NCBI GenBank assembly: GCA_037440005.1 | Contig: JBBIUY010000035.1 | Location: 1 to 31,877 of the forward strand | DNA from: Armatimonadota bacterium | GTDB taxonomy: Bacteria; Sysuimicrobiota; Sysuimicrobiia; Sysuimicrobiales; Kaftiobacteriaceae | DNA: 31,877 bases | Direction: 5' to 3' | In this document: positions 1 through 7,308 of the stretch, piece after piece | Layout: every line of letters starts with the position of its first letter | Position numbering within the stretch: position 1 is the stretch's first letter | Translations under genes and position numbers: made by a program | Notes under the pieces: generated by a model | Told to the model about the DNA's origin: nothing | Databases searched by the model: none | What the model saw: the letters and a program-made list of their open reading frames with translations, nothing else

Positions 1-152
1 GTATCTCGAGTTCTACAACCACCGCCGACCGCACTTGGGCTACCGCACCAACGGGCGGCCACCCGCCGAGCTGTTCTGGGGTCTGGCCGGGAGAGGAGAC
101 CATGACCAAATCTTTCATGTATGATGTGTGCACACCCTTCCGAAACTGGACA
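1..152 (+). mobile_element. Right end of an IS481-family insertion sequence (transposase C-terminus plus terminal repeat), truncated by the window edge
   Basis: Frame 2 (2..124) reads YLEFYNHRRPHLGYRTNGRPPAELFWG...*, the YNxxRPH..G..P tail of IS481/IS3-type DDE transposases. It is followed by ...GTGTGCACACCCTTCCGAAACTGGACA ending in ACA at 152 (IS481 ends are TGT...ACA), then CCCTAGGG, which resembles the CTAG-centred IS481 target. Confidence 0.8.
2..124 (+). CDS. IS481-family transposase, C-terminal 40 aa (5' part outside window)
   Basis: Manual translation of frame 2; TGA at 122-124; YNHRRPH motif. Confidence 0.8.
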   Translation, partial: YLEFYNHRRPHLGYRTNGRPPAELFWGLAGRGDHDQIFHV

Positions 153-154
153 CC

Positions 155-1357
155 CTAGGGGCCGCCCGCGCGACCGCGCGCTCGCGGACCGCCTGGCACC
201 CGGAAGGCGGCCGCGGCCAGGGCGGCCGCCGCGCCGACCATCAGCAGCCATCCCGCCGTAAACCCGCCGGACAGGTCCCGGGCGGCGCCCAGGAGCACCG
301 GCGAGGCCGTGGCTGCGCCGTGGCCCACGGTCAGCATCATCCCCGTGGAAGCCCCCACCCGATCCGGCGGCACAAGGTCCGCCGCCGCCGCCAGACCCAG
401 GGCAAACGCCAGGGTCGTCCCTGCCCCGATCAGGGCGCCCCACGCCGCCCCGGCGCCGGGCGCCAGCAGCACGCCCGCCTGCCCCGCGCCCGCCATCGCC
501 GCGGCGACCAGGAACGGCAGCCGGTAGCCTCCGAACGTCCCCACCAGGACCGGAGCGAGGACGCTGACCGCCACCGACGCCACCGCCACCGCCGTCACCG
601 GAACCGACGCCGCCGCCACGGAGGCCCCGCGGCTGACGTAGAACTCGGGCAGCCAGGTGATGGCCCCGTAGAAGATCGTCGCCTGCGCCGCAAAGGCGGC
701 GACCACCGGTGCGAACCCGGAGACGAGCCAGCCGCCTCCGGACCGCTCCGCTGGCGCGGGGCCGCCCGCGTCGCGCTCGCCCGACCGGCGCCGCAGGACC
801 GCCCACCCGGCCGCCGCGACCAGCCCGGGTAGCGCCCACAGGGCGCACACCCCCCGCCAGGACGCCGACCCCATCAGCGCCAGCAGGGCGGTTGTGGAGA
901 GCGTGGTTCCCGCCAGGACGCCCAGGATGAGACCGTTGACGTACACCGCGGTCGCCACCGCCGCCCGGCCGGGCAGGGCGACCTGGGCGACCCGCGCCAG
1001 GGCCGGCTGGGAGAGGCTGATCCCCGCTCCCAGCAACGCGGCCGGCAGCAACAGCGTGAAGGTCTCCCGCGCCGCGCCCCGCAGTCCCCCGCCCAGGGCG
1101 ATGGCCAGCTGGGCGGTCACCAGCACCCGCCAGGGACCCACGCGGTCCACCAGAAGGCCCCCCGGAATGGACAGCACCGCCATGGCGAACAGCGGGACAC
1201 CGGTCAGGGCCCCGGCCGCAGTGGCCGACAGGCGCAGGTCGCGGATCACCAGGGGCAGCAGGGGGCCGGTCGCCAGCAGCGGCGCCCGGCAGTTGAAACC
1301 AGCCAGCCAGGCCAGGATCAGGGTCGCGCGCGACCGGATGGCAGGCACAGGCAACAC
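155..1357 (-). CDS. MFS transporter, CynX/NimT-like
   Basis: 400 aa with about 12 hydrophobic segments. N-terminal NCRAPLLATGPLLPLVIRDL matches the CynX-family pattern, and GLLVDRVG is MFS motif A. Confidence 0.85.
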   Translation of the reverse strand: MLPVPAIRSRATLILAWLAGFNCRAPLLATGPLLPLVIRDLRLSATAAGALTGVPLFAMAVLSIPGGLLVDRVGPWRVLVTAQLAIALGGGLRGAARETFTLLLPAALLGAGISLSQPALARVAQVALPGRAAVATAVYVNGLILGVLAGTTLSTTALLALMGSASWRGVCALWALPGLVAAAGWAVLRRRSGERDAGGPAPAERSGGGWLVSGFAPVVAAFAAQATIFYGAITWLPEFYVSRGASVAAASVPVTAVAVASVAVSVLAPVLVGTFGGYRLPFLVAAAMAGAGQAGVLLAPGAGAAWGALIGAGTTLAFALGLAAAADLVPPDRVGASTGMMLTVGHGAATASPVLLGAARDLSGGFTAGWLLMVGAAAALAAAAFRVPGGPRARGRAGGP

Positions 1358-1392
1358 CGCGGGCGCCGCCGCGGCGGCGCACGTCAGGCCCC

Positions 1393-1440
1393 ATTATAGC
1401 AACGCCGCACCATGAAGGCCTGCGCCGCCCGTGCTACGAT
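1393..1440. promoter_or_regulatory. Back-to-back divergent extended -10 promoters (MFS on minus strand, zinc-ribbon gene on plus strand)
   Basis: Minus strand TGcTATAAT (TATAAT at 1393-1398); plus strand TGcTACGAT (TACGAT at 1435-1440). The two hexamers are 36 bp apart. Confidence 0.6.
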
Positions 1441-1492
1441 AGAGCAGGGTGCGCAAAGATCCTCGCCGAGGCCCACACCCCGGAGGCCTGCC

Positions 1493-1642
1493 ATGGGGAT
1501 GAAGGCGCCGTCCCGGTGCCCCGCCTGCAACAGTACCCACATCGACTACCAGGGGCACGACGACCAGGGCAACCAGAAGTGGCGGTGCCGCAACTGCGGC
1601 AACCGGTTCACCTTTAAGCCGCAGGACGTCAAGGCCGGCTGA
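1493..1642 (+). CDS. 49-aa zinc-ribbon microprotein resembling the IS1 InsA N-terminal Zn finger
   Basis: GGAGG at 1482-1486, ATG at 1493. MGMKAPSRCPACNSTHIDYQGHDDQGNQKWRCRNCGNRFTFKPQDVKAG has CxxC...G....G.Q.W.C..C. Third codon positions are mostly G/C. Confidence 0.8.
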   Translation: MGMKAPSRCPACNSTHIDYQGHDDQGNQKWRCRNCGNRFTFKPQDVKAG

Positions 1643-1744
1643 CCCCACCGCCCCAGGAGAGCCGACGGCCTCGCGACAGCGCCCCGTTCGGCGGCGACGG
1701 AATGAACTTCCGCCGCATCCCCTCTCCGTGCGTCGCTCGACCGC

Positions 1745-1788
1745 GCGACAGCCGACGACATTTGGGGTCAGACCCCGAATGTTGCCGC
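1745..1788. repeat. Palindromic REP-like element, copy 1 (GGGGTCAGACCCC core)
   Basis: GCGACAGCCGACGACATTTGGGGTCAGACCCCGAATGTTGcCGC; 43/44 identical to 2340-2383. Confidence 0.9.
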
Positions 1789-1835
1789 TGCGTGCCGGCC
1801 CTGGCGGCGGGTCACGTTCGTGCTGATGCCCGGGC

Positions 1836-2304
1836 TCATGGCGCCCGACTCTCCAGCTGCTCGGCCAGGGCGGCCCGGTCGTAATAGATGCGCTCGCCGG
1901 CGAACAGGCGCGCCTGCGGGTCCCAGGGGAAGTAGATCAGGACCAGCAGGCGCACCGGCCTCCCGGTGGCGGGCACGCCCTCCCACGCTCCCCGGTGCGT
2001 CCCCGTCATCAGCGTGGACCTCAAACACGCCCTGGGGTCCGATGACGATCTCCTGGAGGGCGAAGCGCACGTCGGGGAACGCCGTCAGCAGCCCGGTGTA
2101 GAACTGCCGCGCCCCGTCGTGGCCTTCCCACCGCCGTCCCGCGGGGACCAACTCGTAGACGCAGTCGGGGGTGAGGGTGGCGAGCAACCCGGGGAGGTCG
2201 CGCGCGTCCTCCGCCTTGGAGTGCGCGATCCACAGGGCGCGAATGGCCGCGTACTCGTCAGAGGTGATCGTCCAGTCCAGCCTCTCGCGGGCGGTGTGGC
2301 GCAT
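1836..2304 (-). pseudogene. SnoaL-like / ester cyclase (NTF2-fold) gene with a frameshift near 2015 (pseudogene or sequencing error)
   Basis: RBS GGAGGGAGG then ATG at 2304. MRHTARERLDW...HSKAEDARDLPGLLATLTPDCVY...FYTGLLTAFPDVRF...GPQGVFEV continues in another frame as TLMTGTHRGAWEGVPATGRPVRL...GERIYYD to TGA at 1836. Span is 469 bp (3n+1). Confidence 0.85.
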
Positions 2305-2321
2305 GGCTGCCTCCCTCCACC

Positions 2322-2334
2322 TGAGTGTCACTCA
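2322..2334. promoter_or_regulatory. Perfect 6-1-6 palindrome TGAGTG-T-CACTCA, candidate repressor operator
   Basis: Directly upstream of the SnoaL-like gene RBS on the minus strand. Confidence 0.5.
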
Positions 2335-2339
2335 TGTGT

Positions 2340-2383
2340 GCGACAGCCGACGACATTTGGGGTCAGACCCCGAATGTTGTCGC
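2340..2383. repeat. Palindromic REP-like element, copy 2
   Basis: 17-bp arms CGACGACATTTGGGGTC (2348-2364) and GACCCCGAATGTTGTCG (2366-2382) around a central A, with two G.T pairs. Confidence 0.9.
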
Positions 2384-2438
2384 AGAGGACGCGAAATCCC
2401 CCAGGGACGGGAAGTGACCGCAACATGCGACACGAAAA

Positions 2439-2515
2439 TGGTGGGCCCTCGTGGACTCGAACCACGGACCTCACCCTTATCAGGGGTGCGCTCTCACCAC
2501 CTGAGCTAAGGGCCC
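2439..2515 (-). tRNA. tRNA-Ile(GAT) with encoded CCA
   Basis: Reverse complement GGGCCCTTAGCTCAGGTGGTGAGAGCGCACCCCT-GAT-AAGGGTGAGGTCCGTGGTTCGAGTCCACGAGGGCCCACCA forms a full cloverleaf of 77 nt. Confidence 0.97.
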
Positions 2516-2540
2516 ACGCGGCGGGTGAGAACCTACCGCC

Positions 2541-2570
2541 AGTATAGGAGCGGTGGCGCGGGACAGTCAA
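2541..2570 (-). promoter_or_regulatory. Sigma70/SigA promoter of tRNA-Ile
   Basis: TTGACT (2570-2565), N18, TATACT (2546-2541). Confidence 0.75.
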
Positions 2571-2608
2571 TCAACGGAGTTTCCGGGATCGGGGACGGAG
2601 GCGCTGCT

Positions 2609-2641
2609 CCTCACCCTGCCCTCTCCCCGACGGGGAGAGGG
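2609..2641. repeat. CCTCACCC...CCCTCTCCCC-GAC-GGGGAGAGGG palindromic extragenic element
   Basis: Perfect 10-bp stem (2619-2628 / 2632-2641) preceded by CCTCACCCTG, matching a widespread dispersed REP-type motif. Lies downstream of tyrS. Confidence 0.7.
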
Positions 2642-2773
2642 GGTCTTCTGGCGGGATCCTCGCTCCGTCCCAGACGGCCGGAGAGGTTCGCGGGGCGGCC
2701 CCTCGCCGTTTCCCGGGGGGGAAAGCAGGCCCCGCCGGCCCGCGCGGGGAGCGCCCGCGCATGTCCGGGATCC

Positions 2774-3991
2774 TCAGCGCAGGCGCACGCGGGCGAAGCG
2801 GCGGCGGCCCACCCGCAGGATCAGGCCGTCCCGCACCTCCACCTCGGCCTCGGCGTCGGTGACCCGCGAGCCGTCCACACTCACCCCGCCCTGGGCGATC
2901 AGGCGCCGGGCCTCGCTGCGGGACGGAGCCAGCCCCGTGCGCACCAGCAGCCCGACCACGGGCAGCCGTCCCGCCGCCAGCTCTTCCCGCCCGATGGTCA
3001 CCTCGGGAATCTGCTCGGGGAGGTCCCGGGCCACGAAGACCCGCTCGAAGGCCCGCTCGGCCTGCGCGGCCGCCGCGGGGCCGTGCCAGATCGCCACGAT
3101 CTCCCGCGCCAGGCGGGCCTTGGCGTCCCGGGGGTGCACGGTGCCGTCCTGCAGGCCCCGCTCCAGCGCGCGCACCTCCTCCAGGGGCACGTCGGTGCAG
3201 AACTCGAAGTAGTGGGCGATGAGCCGGTCGGGCAGGGACATCACCTTCCCGTACATCTCCTCGGGCGGGTCGGTGATGCCGATGGCGTTGCCCAGCGACT
3301 TGCTCATCTTCTCCACGCCGTCCAGCCCCACCAGCAGCGGCGTCAGCACCACCACCTGGGGCTCCTGCCCGAACTCCCGCTGCAGCTCGCGGCCCATCAG
3401 ATTGTTGAACTTCTGGTCGGTGCCGCCCAGCTCCACGTCGGCCTGCAGCTCCACCGAGTCCATGGCCTGGCACAGGGGGTACAGCAGCTCGTGCAGGAAG
3501 ATGGGCACGCCGCCGCGCAGGCGGGTGGCGAAGTCGTCCCGCTCCAGGATCCGCGCCACGGTGGCCTTGCTGGCCAGCCGGATGACGTCCTCGAAGGTCA
3601 TGCGGCCCAGCCACTGGCTGTTGAACACCACCCGCGTGCGCCGGGGGTCCAGGATCTTGCTGTACTGGTCCCGGTAGGTGGCCGCGTTGCGGTGGATCTC
3701 CTCCCGGGTCAGCATCGGCCGGGTCTTCTTGCGCTCGCTGGGGTCGCCGATCATCCCGGTGAAGTCGCCCACCACCAGGATGGCCTCGTGGCCCAGGTCC
3801 TGAAACTGGCGCAGCTTGCGCAGGACCACCGCGATCCCCAGGTGGATGTCGGGGGCGCTGGGGTCCACGCCCAGCTTCACCCGCAGGGGCCGGCCCTGGC
3901 GCAGCTTGGCCAGCAGGTCGTCTTCGGTGATGATCTCCACCGTGCCCCGCCGCAGCAGGACCAGCTGCTCTTCCGCCGACAGCGCGCCCAT
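2774..3991 (-). CDS. tyrS: Tyrosine--tRNA ligase
   Basis: KLGVDPSAPDIHLG, ELGGTDQKFN, KMSKS and a C-terminal S4 domain; 405 aa. Confidence 0.97.
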   Translation of the reverse strand: MGALSAEEQLVLLRRGTVEIITEDDLLAKLRQGRPLRVKLGVDPSAPDIHLGIAVVLRKLRQFQDLGHEAILVVGDFTGMIGDPSERKKTRPMLTREEIHRNAATYRDQYSKILDPRRTRVVFNSQWLGRMTFEDVIRLASKATVARILERDDFATRLRGGVPIFLHELLYPLCQAMDSVELQADVELGGTDQKFNNLMGRELQREFGQEPQVVVLTPLLVGLDGVEKMSKSLGNAIGITDPPEEMYGKVMSLPDRLIAHYFEFCTDVPLEEVRALERGLQDGTVHPRDAKARLAREIVAIWHGPAAAAQAERAFERVFVARDLPEQIPEVTIGREELAAGRLPVVGLLVRTGLAPSRSEARRLIAQGGVSVDGSRVTDAEAEVEVRDGLILRVGRRRFARVRLR

Positions 3992-4001
3992 GGTCGGGAC
4001 G

Positions 4002-4010
4002 ATTATACCA
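4002..4010 (-). promoter_or_regulatory. Extended -10 promoter for near-leaderless tyrS
   Basis: TGgTATAAT 10 nt upstream of the ATG at 3991; no Shine-Dalgarno in between. Confidence 0.7.
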
Positions 4011-4040
4011 GCGCCGCCCGCCCGGGGCGACGCGCACGCC

Positions 4041-6395
4041 CTAGGTGGTGTCCAGCTCGACGACCGTGACGCCGTCGCCGCCTTCGGCAGGCTCGCCCAG
4101 GCGGACGCGGCGCACGTGGGGGTGGCCGCGCAGGAACGCGTGCACGGCCCGGCGCAGCGCCCCGGTGCCCTTGCCGTGCACCACGGTCACCCGTTCCAGC
4201 CCGGCCAGAAACGCATCGTCCAGGTAGCGGTCCAGGACGGCCGTCGCCTCGTCGGCGGTGAGGCCCCGCAGGTTCACCGACAGGGGCACCGCCGCCGGCG
4301 TCGCCCGCACCGGGATCTCCTCCGGTGTCCGGTCGGGCGGCCCGGGACGCGGGGGAGCCGCCCGCAGGGCCGCCAGGGGCGCGCGGACCCGCAGCGGCCC
4401 GGCCTGCACCTCCACCTCTCCCCGCCCGTCCGGCCCCGCCACCACCGTGCCGGTCCGCCCCAGGGGGACGACGTACACCTCCTGGCCGGGACGGACCTCG
4501 CCCACAGGCTCGCCCTCGGGCTCGACCTCCGTGCGGGCGCGCAGCTCCTCGCTCAGCCGCCGCAGCCTGTCCCGGACCTCCTGCACCGCCCGGGCGTCGG
4601 AGGAGTCCCGCAGGGAGCGCACCAGCCTGTCCACCTCTTCCCGGGCCGTCCGCAGCAGCGCCTCGCCGTCCTCCCGCAGCCTGCGCAGCACCGCCGCCCG
4701 CTCGGCCCGCAGCCGGTCGTACTCCTGGCGCAGCCGGGCCAGCAGGGCCTCGGCCTCCTCCCGGCGGCGCGCCGCCTCCGCCCGGTCGTGCTCGGAGGCC
4801 CGTCGGTCGGCCTCGATGTCGCCGAGGATGCGGTCCAGCGCCCCGGCCTGGGGTCCCAGCAGCTCCCGCGCCCGCTCGACCACCTCCGCCGCGAGCCCCA
4901 GCCGTCGCGCGATCTCCAGGGCGTTGCTGCGGCCGGGCAGGCCGATCCGCAGCCGGTACGTGGGCCGCAGGGTCACCGGGTCGAACTCCACCGAGGCGTT
5001 CTCGATTCCGGGGTGCGTCCAGGCCAGGGCCTTCAGTTCGTTGTAGTGGGTGGTCACCACGGTGCGCGCGCCCCGGCGGTGGAGGTGTTCGATGAGGGCC
5101 CGGGCCAGGGCCGCGCCCTCGGTGGGATCGGTGCCGGCGCCGATCTCGTCCAGCAGGACCAGCGCCGACACACCGCCGGCGGAGGCCGCGCGGTCCACCT
5201 GCTGCAGGATGCCCACGATGGCGCCCATGTGGGAGGAGAAGGTGCTGAGCGACTGCTCGATGCTTTGCTCGTCGCCGATGTCGGCGAACACCTGCCCGAA
5301 CACCGCCACCTCCGAGCCCGGATCGGCGGGGATGAACAGTCCCGCCTGGGCCATCAGCGTCAGCAGCCCGATGGTCTTCAGCGTCACCGTCTTGCCGCCG
5401 GTGTTGGGCCCGGTGATCACCAGAGTGGTGAAGACCTCCCCCAGCTCGACGTCGATGGGGACGACCTCTCCCACGAGCAGAGGGTGGCGGGCCCGCCGCA
5501 GCCGCAGCACCCCGTCGGTGCGCACCGCCGGAGGCGCGGCGGCCAGCGCGTCGGCCAGCCGCGCCCGGGCCACGGCGCAGTCCAGGTGGCCCAGCACCTC
5601 GTAGGCGGCGGCGATCTCCTCCGCCTGCCGGGCCACCTGGGCCGACAGCGCCCGCAGCACCCGCTGGACCTCCTCCCGCTCGGCGATCTCCAGTTCCCGC
5701 AGCCGGTTGCCCAGCGGGACCGCGGCCAGAGGCTCCATGAAGGCGGTGGCGCCGCTGCTGGAGTGGTCGTGGAGGATGCCGGGAAACTGGCCCTTGAACT
5801 CCGCCCGCACCGGCACCACGTAGCGTCCGGCGCGGGTGGTGATCACGGCGTCCTGGAGCATCCGGGCGTACGGCCCCCGCACCACCGCGTCCAGGGCCTC
5901 CCGCAGCCGGGCGTGCGCCGTTCGCTGTTCGCGGCGCAGGCCCGCCAGGCGCGGGCTGGCGTCGTCGGGGATGCTGCCGTCGGGGGCGACGGTCCGGCGG
6001 ATGTGCGCCTCCAGCGCCTCGAACACGCCCGTCTGCGCCAGCCGGCTGGCCAGGCCCGGCGCCCGCGCGCGTCGGGCCAGCACAAACTTCCGGCACTGCC
6101 GCAGGGTGGCCAGGGTGTCGGCCAGGGCCAGCAGGTCGGCGGGATCCAGGACCGCTCCCCTCTGCGCCCGGCGGAGCATCTCCCGCACGTCGGCGGTGCC
6201 CCGCAGGGGCACCTCGCCGTCGGCGAGCAGCGCGGCGGCTTCGGCGGTCTCGGCCAGGGCGGCCCGGACCTGGCCGGGGTCGGCAGACGGCCGCAGCCCC
6301 TCGGCCAGCTCCCGCCCCCGGGCGGTCACCGTGAGTGCGGCCAGCCGGCTGACGACGGCGGGAAACTCCAGCACGCGCAGGGTGCGCTCATCCAT
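4041..6395 (-). CDS. mutS2: Endonuclease MutS2 (MutS ATPase plus Smr domain)
   Basis: GPNTGGKT Walker A, IGDEQSIEQSLSTFSSHM, LLDEIGAGTDP and the Smr motif VHGKGTGALR. The start ATG at 6395 overlaps the upstream stop (ATGGATGA). Confidence 0.96.
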   Translation of the reverse strand: MDERTLRVLEFPAVVSRLAALTVTARGRELAEGLRPSADPGQVRAALAETAEAAALLADGEVPLRGTADVREMLRRAQRGAVLDPADLLALADTLATLRQCRKFVLARRARAPGLASRLAQTGVFEALEAHIRRTVAPDGSIPDDASPRLAGLRREQRTAHARLREALDAVVRGPYARMLQDAVITTRAGRYVVPVRAEFKGQFPGILHDHSSSGATAFMEPLAAVPLGNRLRELEIAEREEVQRVLRALSAQVARQAEEIAAAYEVLGHLDCAVARARLADALAAAPPAVRTDGVLRLRRARHPLLVGEVVPIDVELGEVFTTLVITGPNTGGKTVTLKTIGLLTLMAQAGLFIPADPGSEVAVFGQVFADIGDEQSIEQSLSTFSSHMGAIVGILQQVDRAASAGGVSALVLLDEIGAGTDPTEGAALARALIEHLHRRGARTVVTTHYNELKALAWTHPGIENASVEFDPVTLRPTYRLRIGLPGRSNALEIARRLGLAAEVVERARELLGPQAGALDRILGDIEADRRASEHDRAEAARRREEAEALLARLRQEYDRLRAERAAVLRRLREDGEALLRTAREEVDRLVRSLRDSSDARAVQEVRDRLRRLSEELRARTEVEPEGEPVGEVRPGQEVYVVPLGRTGTVVAGPDGRGEVEVQAGPLRVRAPLAALRAAPPRPGPPDRTPEEIPVRATPAAVPLSVNLRGLTADEATAVLDRYLDDAFLAGLERVTVVHGKGTGALRRAVHAFLRGHPHVRRVRLGEPAEGGDGVTVVELDTT

Positions 6396-7308
6396 GGACG
6401 TCGCCACACAGCCAGGCCAACAGCGCCGGGGCCAGGTCGGTGAGGCTGGTCATCCGGGCGCCCACCTCCCGCCGGCCGGCCCCCACCAGCAGCGTGGGCA
6501 CCGGGTTGCGGGTGTGGGCGGGCGTGGTGGAGTCCTCGATGTTGCCGTGGTCGCTGGTCAGGATCACCAGCGTCGAGGACAGGTCACTGGCCTCCAGCAC
6601 GCCGGCCAGCAACTGGTCCACCATCTCGACCGCCTGGCGGGGGTCCAGGTCCACCCGGCCGTGGGCCGCCAGGTCGGTGAGGAAGAACTCGAAGACCGTC
6701 AGGCGGGAGGAGGCGGCGATGGACGCCAGGCAGCGGCCGGCCCCGCGGGGGGTGACCTCCGGCACGTCGTGCCCCCACGCCCGGGGGCGGGCGTTGGTCA
6801 GGTCGTGGAACACCGCACGCCCCTCCCGCAGGTCGTCCACCCGCCGCAGGCGCACCCCCGCGGCCAGGGCGGCGTAGGTGATGGCCGCATGGCGCAGCCG
6901 GCCGGCGGCCACCGCGGCGAAGTACTCGGGCGTGTAGGCGTTGGCCAGCGCCACGTCCAGCCCCCGGGCCCGCGCCCGGGCGAACAGGCTGGACGTCTCC
7001 AGCACCTCCCGCAGCGCGGCGGTGGGATAGGCGGTGACGTGGCGGCCCGCCAGCCGCGCCGCGTTGACGCCGGTGAGCAGCGCCGCCTGCCCGGTGGCGC
7101 TCTGGGGCAGGCCGTCCACGCCCAGGGTGGCGTCGGTGGGCACCACCAGCGCCCCGTCGTGCTCCAAAGGTCCGTCGATGCCCGCCAGAGGCCGTCCCAG
7201 CAGCGCCCGCAGGCAGGGCGTGCGGGCGGCGGACAGGGGGTTGGTGGCCGGGTCGTCGGGACCCAGTCCCACTCCGTCCACGAACAGCAGCAGGGCGCGG
7301 CGGATCAC
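6388..7308 (-). CDS. Alkaline-phosphatase-superfamily metalloenzyme (phosphopentomutase/iPGM-like core), 306 aa
   Basis: LFVDGVG, PQSATGQ (putative phospho-Ser), TDLAAH, TSDHGN and HTRNPVP. The GTG at 7308 overlaps the mpg stop (GTGA). Confidence 0.85.
   Translation of the reverse strand: MIRRALLLFVDGVGLGPDDPATNPLSAARTPCLRALLGRPLAGIDGPLEHDGALVVPTDATLGVDGLPQSATGQAALLTGVNAARLAGRHVTAYPTAALREVLETSSLFARARARGLDVALANAYTPEYFAAVAAGRLRHAAITYAALAAGVRLRRVDDLREGRAVFHDLTNARPRAWGHDVPEVTPRGAGRCLASIAASSRLTVFEFFLTDLAAHGRVDLDPRQAVEMVDQLLAGVLEASDLSSTLVILTSDHGNIEDSTTPAHTRNPVPTLLVGAGRREVGARMTSLTDLAPALLAWLCGDVHG

Noticed and set aside
128..832. 234-aa plus-strand ORF starting in the IS end
   Set aside because: Antisense to the MFS gene, low complexity, and crosses the IS terminus.
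1745..2383. CRISPR array or integron attC interpretation of the 44-bp repeats
   Set aside because: Only two copies 595 bp apart, no cas or integrase gene, and no proper RYYYAAC/GTTRRRY box pair or extrahelical-base pattern.
1..2438. tRNA-anchored genomic island with att duplication
   Set aside because: No convincing copy of the tRNA-Ile 3' end and no integrase inside the window; composition looks host-like.
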